A DNA stretch of 64,000 nt from NCBI GenBank assembly GCA_051362555.1, contig CM120642.1, forward strand, positions 10,664,001-10,728,000. The letters run 5' to 3'. The notes below the pieces were generated by a model. The model worked only from the letters and a program-made list of their open reading frames with translations, had not been told where the DNA came from and searched no databases. A program made the translations under genes and the position numbers. Shown piece by piece: positions 25,506 through 36,921 of this stretch (positions within the stretch are counted from its first letter, which is position 1; each line of letters starts with the position of its first letter). This DNA comes from Lingula anatina (Eukaryota; Animalia; Brachiopoda).

Positions 25506-26755
25506 ATGAGTGAGAACACTGAGCCTGGAAGAGAACTGGACGTGTGGATGTCAAAATGGTAAAAGGGACAAGCAGTCTGGCACAAAACCCATGTTCAACC
25601 GCTGCTGGTGAAAAATTTCGATTTGCTCGTCGCTGGGAAGAGAAACGCTAAGGTCCTTGTTCCTTTGTGTGGGAAAAGCTTAGATATGAAATGGTGAGGT
25701 AATAAATAATCTGCTATTAGCAATACACAAGCCTCACGATAATGTTGCATTATCACTGCAAGATGTCACGTATGGTACATTTTCAGTTTGGGGTAGTACA
25801 TGTCAATTTCCGTTGAGATATGGAAGATTTTTGCTTATATTAACTTGACATGCACTTTTCCATGTAGGCCTTCTTTTTATAGACAGGGAAAATATGGTGT
25901 TAGAAAGAACGGAACGTCTCCATCCTTCTTTTCACAGACACTCTGTCTGCATGACATTATGTTAACCCGCATTATAAAATACACTTCAGACAAGTAAATG
26001 TAATTTAAATTTTACTTTCATGTGTTGTAAAGGAATATTTCGCTACAGGTGTTTTCTCCCCCCCCCCCCCCCTCTCTCTCTCTCTCTCTCTTTGTAATGT
26101 CAATGTTGGCCAATTTGCATTACATAAATTTTATCATAACAAAAGATTGGAGTTATGTTAAAGAACTCCTTCATTGCATTGCATAAATGAAATGCGTTAA
26201 TGACACATTCCGCGATTTTTTTTCAGGCTTGCTGACCAGGGGCATACTGTTGTTGGAGTCGAGGCATCAGAACTCGCTGTCCAGGCTTTCTTCACAGAAA
26301 ACGGTATACAGCATACAGTCACCGACGTCCCTGCTATTGATTTCAAGCTTTACCAGGACCCAGACAACAAAATACGCATCTATGTGGGGGATTTTTTTAA
26401 GTTCAGCAAAGAAATGGAGGGTGAATTTGATGGAATTTGGGACAGAGCAGCACTAGGGTCCATACATTTAGAGGACCGTGAGCGCTACGTCAAACTTATG
26501 GTATCACTTATGAGTGAAGATTGTCAATACCTGGCTGAGGCATATTATTATGAAGGCACATGCACTATGCAGAGAATTCCACCACCGCATTCTACTCGTC
26601 CAGATACCATATACAAGTTGTTTGAATACACCTGTGATGTGAAAATGATTGAGCACGTTGATCTAAAACAGGTCGATTTCATCTGTTCCCCTCCTTTTAA
26701 GCCTGAAATTGATGTCCTGTTTCTTTATTTGTACCTTTTCACAAAGAAGAAATAA
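25506..26755 (+). pseudogene. TPMT: TPMT-like copy 3 (subfamily B), premature TAA at codon 19
   Basis: Exons 25506-25693 and 26227-26755 are very similar to copy 2. TGG TAA at 25557-25562 replaces TGG GAA of copy 2. The rest of the frame and both splice sites are intact. Confidence 0.85.
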
Positions 26756-27072
26756 GGTATGCATATATTTCCCCATTGATTTTTATGTAAAGGCACTGAA
26801 AATGACTATACATGTTCTGATAGATTTTTTTTGTGCTGTTGCCGTAGCCGAACCTTTCTCCCTATAGCTGTCAACTACATGTATGTATGGGTAGCTTTGT
26901 TTGGTGAAAATGTAGGCTGTGTAATAAGTGAACTTAATCAAACTTGCTTTTTCCTAATGTTATTGATGTTTGCCACAGAGTTATGGCGAATGTCAGAAAA
27001 GGAAGATTAAAGACTGGTGAGTCGTGGGAAAATGCTGTTCACAGCGGGAAAATTCGTTAAACATGAGTTATG

Positions 27073-27214
27073 GGGGGCGTCTCGATAGTCCGAAGGTTCA
27101 TTGGTCCGAAAAACGGTAACATTTTTATCGGTTTTTTAATCAAGGGTTCATTGGTCCGAAGGTTCTGTGGTGAACCTTCGGACTATTGAACCTTCGGACT
27201 ATTGCTACGGCCCC
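27073..27214. mobile_element. 142-bp MITE with 8-bp target-site duplication
   Basis: TSD GAGTTATG at 27065-27072 and 27215-27222. Imperfect TIRs GGGG..ATAGTCCGAAGGTTCA are built from 15-bp sub-repeats. Confidence 0.8.
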
Positions 27215-27662
27215 GAGTTATGATGTGAAAATCCGGGCCTTGAGAGATTTAAAGAACTTAACTTTTCTTTTCCTCTTTTTAGCTTGACACTGTTATGCTT
27301 GATATCATTCTGTTAGACTGACACTGATTGCCAGTAACTTTAAAAGTGCATATAACTGTGTAAATTACTTTAAATGTGTTTTTGAAGTAGACGGAAAAGA
27401 GGACAAATCGATAATTTGACTCTGCCTTCAATGGGACATTTTGAGTTACGGAGACAAAATGTTCTCTAATGACAATAACAATGAAATTTAAGCTGTGCAG
27501 CATAGAAATAGGAAAATAAATATTTTCAAAGGGAAATGACTTCTGACTTTTGATTTTTGCCAAGTTCTAGTTATTTACAAGAAAGGCTGTTTTTCCTGGC
27601 TGTCTTTCCCGAAAAGAGCAACCCATGCCGGTTTTTGCAGGCGGTATAATATAATTATTCGT

Positions 27663-27852
27663 ACCTCCGCCAATGAGGTTATGTATGTTTTTTGCCTTTG
27701 TTGATTTGCTATATAGTGAACAGCCTAAATCAAAAAGACGGATTTTGGTAATTTGGTATTGATGAATTTTTGGTGATGATCTATTTATAAAATATAAAAT
27801 AGAACTGAGCAGTGTTGTTGGGGGGTCTTCGCTCTTTAAGTGCTTTTCTAGT
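27663..27852 (-). mobile_element. Degenerate short HINE-like element (same family as 53411-53636)
   Basis: The reverse complement starts ACTAGAAAAGCAC and ends with a CATAACCTCATTGGCGGAGGT hairpin-like terminus. Confidence 0.55.
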
Positions 27853-28575
27853 CAACAATGGATTGAGACTTGAGAATTTTTTTTTTATTCAGCTGTTGTC
27901 TGATGTGTTTCTCTGCTTGAATAAATCAAATAAGTTTATAAATTCATTTGCACTGAAAAAAGAAAGGGCACATTCCAGTGGGCAATTTAAAGTCCGCTCA
28001 ACAGAAAGCCATTTATTGACAAAGCGGTTATGCGCTGGTATATGTGGTGCGACTGGTGGTCCAATTCCGACCTTCAGCTTACAGTGTTGTACGTGAATTT
28101 CTTTGTTATGGCCTTCTTGACACATTTTTCAGTTGGATGTACGAAACATGATTTAAACAATTCCCTCAAACAGATTACAAGCAAAAAATAAAGCAAATTA
28201 ATAAAGCATAGAAGTCTAAAATTATTTTGACACAAAAAGTTATTTTATTTTCATTATATGCAATAACAAAAACAGTGAATATCAACAAGTTTGCCATTTC
28301 ATTGCTGTCTTTTGTGATGACAAAACAGTGTCATATCTTATATAGTTGCTTTTAATTTTAATTTTCTTTGTTTGAGAGTTTTTGCAGGTTTTTTGTGCTA
28401 TGTAATAGCAAATTTCTTTGTGTAACAAAAACTGCAACGTTCAAATAGTTAACCGATCATGGATATATTATTTTGTATCCTCTTACTCTTTAACGTTTAA
28501 ATAACTTTAAAGTTGTAGGTTGACATCTCGCAATATCATGTCAGCTGAGCAGGGTGGGCACATGTAATACATATA

Positions 28576-30310
28576 CTATTTTGTCTTTGTAAAAAGAAAC
28601 AGGTTGAGAAACAATACGTCTACTTTGGAAGCAAAAGCGGATATCCAGATGGGATTTGGCTGCATAAGATCAACGCGCTCAATTATATTTACATTGCAAG
28701 TGTTTTCAAACAACTTGGATATGGTGTCTGGATGAATGGAATGGGGTGGTGGTTCCGTGCTCCCGCCTTCATAATAATACACCTCAGCCATATACTGACA
28801 TTCTGCACTCATAAGTGATACTATGAGTTTGATATAGCACTCACGATCTTCTATTGCAATAGACCCCAGTGACCCTCTATCCCAAATGCCATCAAAATTT
28901 CCATCTATCTCTTTGCTGAATTTGAAGAAATCTGCCACGTAAATTCTTATACTGTTGCCTGGGTCTTGGTAAAGTTTTCCATCAATAACAGGGATGTCTG
29001 TGACAGTATACTGTATATAGTTTTCTGTGAAAAAGGACTGGACAGCGATCTCTGATGCCTCCACACCAACAACAGTATGTCCCTGGTCAGCAAGCCTAAA
29101 AATAAATACACCAAAATATTTCATAATAAATTTCATATTTTTGTTTCTTATTTTGTTTTGTCATTTTCTCTAACAGATTTCCCCTTGAAATTCTCCGACT
29201 AGGAGTCTTGCATAACCACGCTACATGATTATAAATATAATTGTACCAAATTGGTAGAATGATTATTGCATGATTTATTATGTTTAGTTTACCTTGAACG
29301 TTCTGTAAATGCAGAGATGAATAAATTCGGTTTAGGTCAATTGTGTATTTAATAACTTTGACAACACCAGCATGATATTTTTATTGTTTGGTCATATGCT
29401 GACGGTTAACTTCAACGTTCTATAAACGCAGAGATGAATCAATTTTGTTTAGGACAATAGTGTATTCAATAACTATGACAACACCAGCATGATACTTTAA
29501 TTGTTTTGTTATATGCTGACGGTTTGCACTGTTGAACGGTTAAGGTACTTCACATAGAACTCAATAATAAAGGAGACCAAAAAAGTCCTCCATCAAAAAA
29601 ATTTTCCTCAATTTTTTTACCTTTCTTGACCGTAAGAACATTGCCCACTACACTTTGTAGTACCAGTTACATTTGCCTATATAGACTTATTGTGTGAGAT
29701 ACTTAATGTCTTTGACAATATTTACGGGCAAGTTGGGCGACTTTTCATTCGTTTTTGAAAATAACATTTTGAAAAATAGGCAAACGGGGTGTCTTTTGTT
29801 GGATATTATCTTAATGGGGTGGGTTAAAAATTGAAAGGTTTACTCGCACTTGTTTTATATGGTTACCTGTGCAACGAATTTTAAGCCTCTAGAATTATCA
29901 GAAAACAATTATACGAAAAAACTAGTTGAGGAATTCTCTGTCTTCAAAGACGTAGTCCACAACCAATACTAGGACTGCGAAGTGCATGCATAAAGTGTAG
30001 AGCAATGAGAAGGTCAAGATGCAAAACACTGGTTTTAAAATAATGTTAGTTTATCACTGATATATTATCACTATACACTGTCCAGAAGCCAGTTGCATTC
30101 CTGAGGTCATTTGCTTACTTACCATTTCATGTCCAAACTTTTCCCACAAAGAGGAAAAAAGATCTTAGCGTTTTTCTTTCCAGCCAAAAGCCGACCTAAA
30201 TTTTTCAGCAGTAGCTGGTGAACAACGTTCCTGTGCCAGATTGGTTGTCCTTCTTTCCATTTTGATTTCCACAAGGCTAAACTCCATCCTGTTTTTCTGT
30301 CCTTTTCCAT
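28576..30310 (-). CDS. TPMT: Thiopurine S-methyltransferase-like, copy 4 (subfamily B, 235 aa)
   Basis: Exons 30310-30123 and 29095-28576. Motifs [40 protein letters not shown] and EPPPHS. Confidence 0.92.
29296..29524 (+). repeat. ~117-bp tandem duplication in the intron of TPMT copy 4
   Basis: AACGTTCT(G/A)TAAA..GCAGAGATGAAT..GACAACACCAGCATGATA..ATATGCTGACGGTT occurs twice in tandem. Confidence 0.75.
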
Positions 30311-30419
30311 GCTTTTAATCCGGAAACTGACTTCACGTAAAGAAATTAAGCTTGTTGATATTATTTCGGATTTGAACTCAATTTGACAAAGTTTGACAAC
30401 AGAATTTCATGAAAACATA

Positions 30420-31646
30420 TGTCAAAGGCCCGGACCAAATCTAGTCCTATGCATAAAAAGCCCAGACCCTATGTTTATTACACCCTGGCTGGTCCCTTTC
30501 TTTATGGTGTCTTTGCATTGTTAACAGCATAATGGGCAAGTAATATGACCAAGTTAAATGACCAAGTTAATTGGCCAAGCTGCCACTTTGTTTGTATGTC
30601 ATGTGCAGGGGATATCTTAGATCATGGCACATATTATGAAACTTACAGGAGTGGCAAATGAGATATACTTGTACTCAGTATTTCATTACCTGTGATTTGT
30701 AAAATACATCTGAGGGTGATACTTTTAAAGATGTTTAATGTTTAAAGAAAAGACAAGTAGATTGATTAAGTAACATTTATTAAAGAAATGTTAAATTAAA
30801 GGTGGGCTTTATTTGTTAGTTTGTGAAAAGTGTGAAAAAGGTCTTTGTATTATCTGCATTTTCTTAAGGATAAATTACAAAGATCTTTTTCAAACTTTAT
30901 TTTTATGTTATAATAATAAGGATAAAGGATTAAATATAGGATAAGGAATAAATTGGTATCATGCTAATGTAACATTTATTAGTTTTTATTTTTATTAGTT
31001 TTAACAATTGTATCCTAATGAATCGACTTTATCAGTGTTCTTAACTGGCATAGATTATGATGTAAATAAAAATATATTATAACTTTAGGGAGTTTTTTTA
31101 CAGCTATGCCTGCAAATAGAGCAAAGTTTTACTATTAATTCACATTTTTCTTTGTAATTTATCCTTAAGAAAATGCAGAGATTTTCCCAAAAGGTCAACA
31201 AAACATTTAAGAGCAGACTTTTTCCTATAACCTGTATAAAATCTAGATAACTAAAATAACACACTAACAAATGGAGCCCACCTTTAATTTAACATTTCTT
31301 TGGTAAGTGCTACTAAATCAATCTACATGTCTTTTCTTTAAACATTTTAATGTTTGGAAACATCTTTAAAAGTATCATCCTCAGATGTATTTTACAAATG
31401 AAATACAAGTATATCTCATTTGCCACAGGAGTAAGTATCATAATATGTGCCTTGATCTAAGACATCCCCTGCACATGACATACAAACAAAGTGGCAGCTT
31501 GGCCAATATTAACTTGGTCAATTAACTTGCCCATTATGCTGTTAACAATGCAAAGACACCGTAAAGAATGGGCCCAGCCAGGGTGTAATAAACATGGGGT
31601 CTGGGCTTTATATGCATAAGACAAGATTTGGTCTGGGCCTTTGACA
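30420..31646. mobile_element. 1.2-kb foldback MITE with very long TIRs and TA TSD
   Basis: TA|TGTCAAAGGCCC...GGGCCTTTGACA|TA. The arms match over several hundred bp. A second copy lies at 56308-56893. Confidence 0.88.
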
Positions 31647-32471
31647 TATATGTTATTCAAAATTTTGGCCAACAACATCTCTGTCCGATATGTGACACCA
31701 GAAAAATTGATGATAAGTACTATTATATGGTCATAAGAGTATATGGTCATAATTCACATTGGTATGAAATGTGAATGTACATGCAATCCGCACCACAGGG
31801 GCGTAGCACGGCCAGGGAAGAATATAATTTAACTGTAGGCCACAGTGTGCCTGGACGGTTTTGTGAATATTCAGATGTACCGGTACGATGTATAATTGTT
31901 TCAGATAGCTCAATAAAGAAATTTTTCACTGATAGTAAATAAATAAGTAAATAAAAAAAACAGTGATTGTGAAAACTTAAAACTGTTGATTGTGTAATTT
32001 CAGTCAAATAAAAAAAAAGATTATTAAATGGTCCCTACAACACAAAGGCCACTTTATTACATTGATCATGCTTACTTGTGGTACTGCATTCCCGTACTAT
32101 TATGTAATCTTTTAATGACCTTTTATATATTATTAAAATACTTTCTCTCAAGTGCAGTTTTGATTATTATCACAATCTGTTAAATGTATGCTGTATAAAG
32201 TAGATTACAAGAACGAAACTAGAGGATCAGAACAGCTACACTGCCATCAGTGCTCAAGCTACTGTTGCAATAATGTATATAGAAAAAGTTCTCTACACTA
32301 AAAAAGGGATCTTCTTCCTGCAGTCACTTTTAAGGTCACTGATATCAATGAGCTAAATAGACTATACAATCTAAATAGATTCTCAAGTTGCATTGTGAAT
32401 GAATGGCATTTTTCTTGGCAGCAAAGTCACTCTCCTAGGCAGACTTGTATTAAAACTCTCCATTGATTGTC

Positions 32472-34036
32472 TCACAGCTTGGAAACAAGAATTGCATTAA
32501 TGTGAAATCTTGATAAGAGAGGGGCAAAAGGAGCTAAACTGTAAAACCCATCCTCTTGGCCATTGATACACTTCAACAGTTTAACATTGTAATCATTTCC
32601 AAACAGTTCCCTGACACATTCAAGTGGGATAGCATGTGGGGAACCAGATTTCTCACTTGGTATAAAATCCATGGCCTCAATCAAGCAATGGCACCCTGGT
32701 TTCAACACTGAATTTATTATGTTGACATACTGCAGACGGTCACTCTCATCAATGGCTACAAGAGAAGCACGATCCCATATACCATCAAACTGTCCTTCAA
32801 AGTCCTGATTAAACTTGAAGAAATCTCCCACATAGATTCGTATTTTGTTGTCCATGCTGCAGTAGAGGGTGCCCTGGATGGCATCACATGGTTCCACTTT
32901 ATAAGCAATGTTCTGTTCTGTGAAGAATTCTGTAGCGGCTTTTTCTGCTCCATCCACCCCAATAACTGTGTGGCCCAAGTCTGCCAACCTAAATGGAAGA
33001 AGATATATTGTCAGAGTTCTTTCATTTAATAAACATCTATAGTTTAGTCACTAGATTTAAGATAAAGCACTGATATAAATACCATAAGCACAATATTCCA
33101 CAAATTTAAAAGAATATTTTTATTGCTTGTAAATGTTCTGTTTGGAGTATGAAGGTTCTACAATGACCTACAATGCCAGTCCTTAACAGAAATGCTTCCC
33201 TAAATTAAACAAATAAATCTTCTTTTCTGAATCTCTCTGAAAGTGTTGGAATACCTCAAAGGTAAAATAAGCAGCAACTTAAGTACTTGGCATGGTGTCT
33301 TTGACTACAACCCTTGTATAAACAAATAAAATCACAACTAACACCCCATTTCCATAGATTTTTAGATCTATCTATCCCTGTGGGGAGTCTCACTAGATTA
33401 CTATCAGCTTGGCCGGCTTAAGCGTCTGTGACGCCTACTAAAAGCTGTAAGGTGGTAATTAACTATGGTGCCCGCTCGGCTGACTGCAATTTAGCGTGAA
33501 CCCCCAGGGAGTTAGGTCGATCTAAATCTTAATCTTCGGATTGATCTAAATCTCAGGGAAAGCACCCTAAGACTGGGTTCCCATCCCTAAATTGATCTAA
33601 CAGGATCGTTCCATCTCCATGGGGGTTCTCGCTAAATTGCTCTCAGCTCAAGTGGCTTAGATGTCTGCCACACCTACTAAAGCTGCTAATCGATAGTTAT
33701 AATTTTCCCCTATCAGCTTCAGTAGGCGTGACAGACATCTAAACCACTTAAGTTAATTGCAATTAAACGAGAATCCCCTAGGAGATAGTGCAATCCAAAG
33801 TTGGCACAATAGGGTCTGGGAATTGTCTCTAAGAGTCAGTAAAAATCACTTTACCATTTCATATCAATAGTTTTGCCACACAGTGGAACCAAAATCTTGG
33901 CTGCCTTTTTGCCTGCTAACAAAACATCCAAGAACTCCTCCAGAAAACAGTTCACATTTGGCATGTGCCAGCGCGTACTGTTCCTTTCCCATGCACCAAT
34001 CCAACCATCCAACCTCTCACTGCTTGCATCTGCCAT
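32472..34036 (-). CDS. TPMT: Thiopurine S-methyltransferase-like, copy 5 (subfamily A, 232 aa, C-terminal SKL)
   Basis: ATG at 34036 (the ORF-track start at 34063 is a GTG). Exons 34036-33855 and 32988-32472. Motifs [26 protein letters not shown] and WDRASLVAI. Ends LVSKL*. Confidence 0.92.
33370..33822 (+). repeat. Interspersed repeat with internal sub-repeats in the intron of TPMT copy 5
   Basis: Homologous to 22262-22500 (inverted). Internal recurrence of CCTACTAAA(A)GCTG, CTATCAGCTT and GATCTAA. Left boundary approximate. Confidence 0.6.
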
Positions 34037-35115
34037 GACGTCTACTGAAATTTTTGTATCCACGCAAAGATTTCTGAAATGGTATTTGATATACTGAGGG
34101 TTTTTGGGTAAGATTATATATAACTTAACATTTGGTCATTATTATGCTCTATAGATCCATTCCCAATGAATTGATTTTTCTACAGACAGAAAAAAGTTTT
34201 ATTTACAGTGAGTTACACAGAAAATCATGATCAAATAACAAGATGACCAACTGAGAGACTCAAACTAACCTTAGAATCTGTTTGGAATCTCCCCTCCCCC
34301 AAAAATGGCAATTACTCATGAATCATTTCTTGATGTGTCACCACCCTTGACCTCTATGTTTATTAGTATTTTTAATTAAATTATTTTAAAAGTTGTAAAT
34401 GACTGGTTAGTCATTTAGGCTGTTATGACTTCTTTAAAATTTCCAAAAGAACATATGGACATCATTTCTAAGGTCTAAATTGGGGAAAAATAAGTAGCTT
34501 TTCAAGATACGTAGATGTACAAAATGTGACCTTTGAACAGTTTCAAATTTGTTCAGTACAGCCTGTACCATCTGTTTAATGATCGAGAGGTCTAACTGCA
34601 AGTGAGTCAAGCCATTTTGCCAAGTGCAGTGTTAATGATAACAATATGTTCAGCTTAGAAGTAACAAGTAGCTTTCAAGAATTATAACATCAAGGAATTT
34701 ATTTTAATTTATTGATAGATGGTATAATATTTTGATCTGGCTCATTGCATCAAGGGAAATAAACATATACAGGTACATTACTTTTAACACATTTGCTTTT
34801 TTGTGCTATTCTCAATATACAAGAGCATATTGAAACCATTCAAAATGCAATCCAAATTCACGTTTGCTTTGATACTAATTAATGCTGCTATCTGGATTTG
34901 TATAATTAACATTACATACATACAGAAAAAAAGGTATAAAATTTTCATAAAAATTAATTTTGTTGCTTTTCGAGTATATTACAAAGAGGTAAATTTTAAT
35001 TAAGTAAATGGTAAGTCATAAAAAACATTTATTAAGTAATCACTGAATTAATGAAATATACTGATAATTGTTGGACATACACAGAGATGATCCTAAAATG
35101 TCAAGTGTAAACGCC

Positions 35116-36106
35116 TTATTTCTTCTTTAAAAATAGATAAATGTAAACAAACAAAACATCTACTTTAGAAGAAAAAGAAGAGGTACAGATGGCATCTGGC
35201 TGTTTAAGATCAATATGCTCAATCATTTTCACATCACAGGTGTTTTCAAACAGCTTGTGAATGGTGTCTGGATGAACGGAATGTGGCGGTGGTTCCTTGT
35301 CTCCGCCTTCATAATGGTACACCTCAGCCAGGTATTGACAATCATCACTCATTAGTGATACCATGAGTTTGACATAGCGCTCACGATCTTCAATATCAAT
35401 AGCCACAAGAGACCCTCTGTCCCAAATGCTATCAAATTCTCCCTCCATTTCTCTGCTGAATTTGAAGAAATCTCCCACATAGATTCGTATTTTGTTGTCT
35501 AAGTCCTGGTAAAGCTTGCCATCAATAGCAGGGACGTCGGTGACAGTGTACTGTATATCGTTTTCTGTGAAGAAAGACTGGACAGCAAGTTCTGATGCCT
35601 CCACACCAACAACAGTATGTCCTTGGTCAGCAAGCCTAGAATAACAAATAAAACCTTAGATTAAATTTTCTCAATACACATCATTTACAATATTATGTAA
35701 AACATTTCCTATTCATTTTTTAATCAAACTAAAATTTTGTAGATTTAAAGTAAGGGAAACCTTGAGACTTTTAGATATAGAGCACAAAGGCAGAAACACT
35801 ACAATTATTTCATCTGAGCTTTTTAACTGTATCTTTACACTTAAATTACAATATTCAAGAATAAAAAAAAACACAAAAATGCTAGAGGCTAATCAACCGA
35901 ACCAGTTACTATACTCACCATTTCATGTCCAAGCTTTTTCCACACAAAGGAAAAAATATCTTGGCGTTGCTCTTTCCCGCCAAAAGTCGGTCCAAATGTT
36001 TCACCAGTAGCTGGTGAACAACGGTTTTGTGCCAACGAGCTTGGCCTTCGACCCATTTTGACTTCCACGCGTCCAAATCTTTACCGGCCTTTGGGTCCCC
36101 ACTCAT
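35116..36106 (-). CDS. TPMT: Thiopurine S-methyltransferase-like, copy 6 (subfamily B, 235 aa)
   Basis: ATG at 36106 (MSGDPKAGKDLDAWKSKW). Exons 36106-35919 and 35635-35116. Motifs [28 protein letters not shown] and EPPPHS. Confidence 0.92.
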
Positions 36107-36921
36107 CTTGCTACTCTGAGAGATACAAATCCACTTGTTAAAAGATGCAGCTGAATATTTGATAGTCTTGATAAGCGAAGATCGCTGTTGTTGCAGTGCT
36201 TCGGACGAGTGTGATATTTGAAACTTGGGATTCGTCCAGTGTCGATAGTGGCGATATGACAACGATGACTCGACACAAAAATTTGGTTTCCTGTACACGG
36301 CAGAAAACGTCCGTGAAAAGTTTACAGTAACATGTGCAATATTTCTTCGGCGAATGTGCAAGTTAAGAGTATCAAGTGACAATAAGTTCCATTTCATCGA
36401 CATACAAAGCTGGAAGCACACCTAGCCGGAACTACCTCCCGCAAACCTGCTCAAATCACAGTTGTGTAACTTCTACTCAGCTCGGGTACGTACTGTACTG
36501 TACTCGACTGCCAATTGAAATCTAATTCTATGTTTTAATGTGAGACTCACACCGTTTCATTGCAAGACAGATTTTCAAAGAGTTGACCTACATTTTCTAC
36601 AAATTAAAATATGTTTATTTACCTTTGAAAAGAAAACTACTCTGCAAAACACGTGCAGGTAGCAGGGTAAAGGTCAATGGTTTGTTTACAAACTTCAAGT
36701 GAGGTCAACTGCGTCTGCGCGAAATTGGTTAGAACTATAAACGAGATTCATTTAATTGAAATCGAAATAATATTATAAAACATGTTAAAATAAGCTAAAT
36801 CATTGGTAATGAATATTTATCAAAATATTTGACGGTACTTGCTCAAGTCAGTTTCTTATTCATTTTGTTCGTTTCGTATACGATTACGTCCCAATTTTAG
36901 GTAATCCCCGTTGCCAACAGG

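Noticed and set aside
25560-25562. Selenocysteine recoding in TPMT copy 3
   Set aside because: The in-frame stop is TAA, not TGA, it aligns to Glu, and I recognised no SECIS
36107-36421. 104-aa N-terminal extension of TPMT copy 6 suggested by the ORF track
   Set aside because: It starts at a non-ATG codon and has no similarity to the paralogs. The ATG at 36106 gives the same 188-nt exon 1 as the other B copies.
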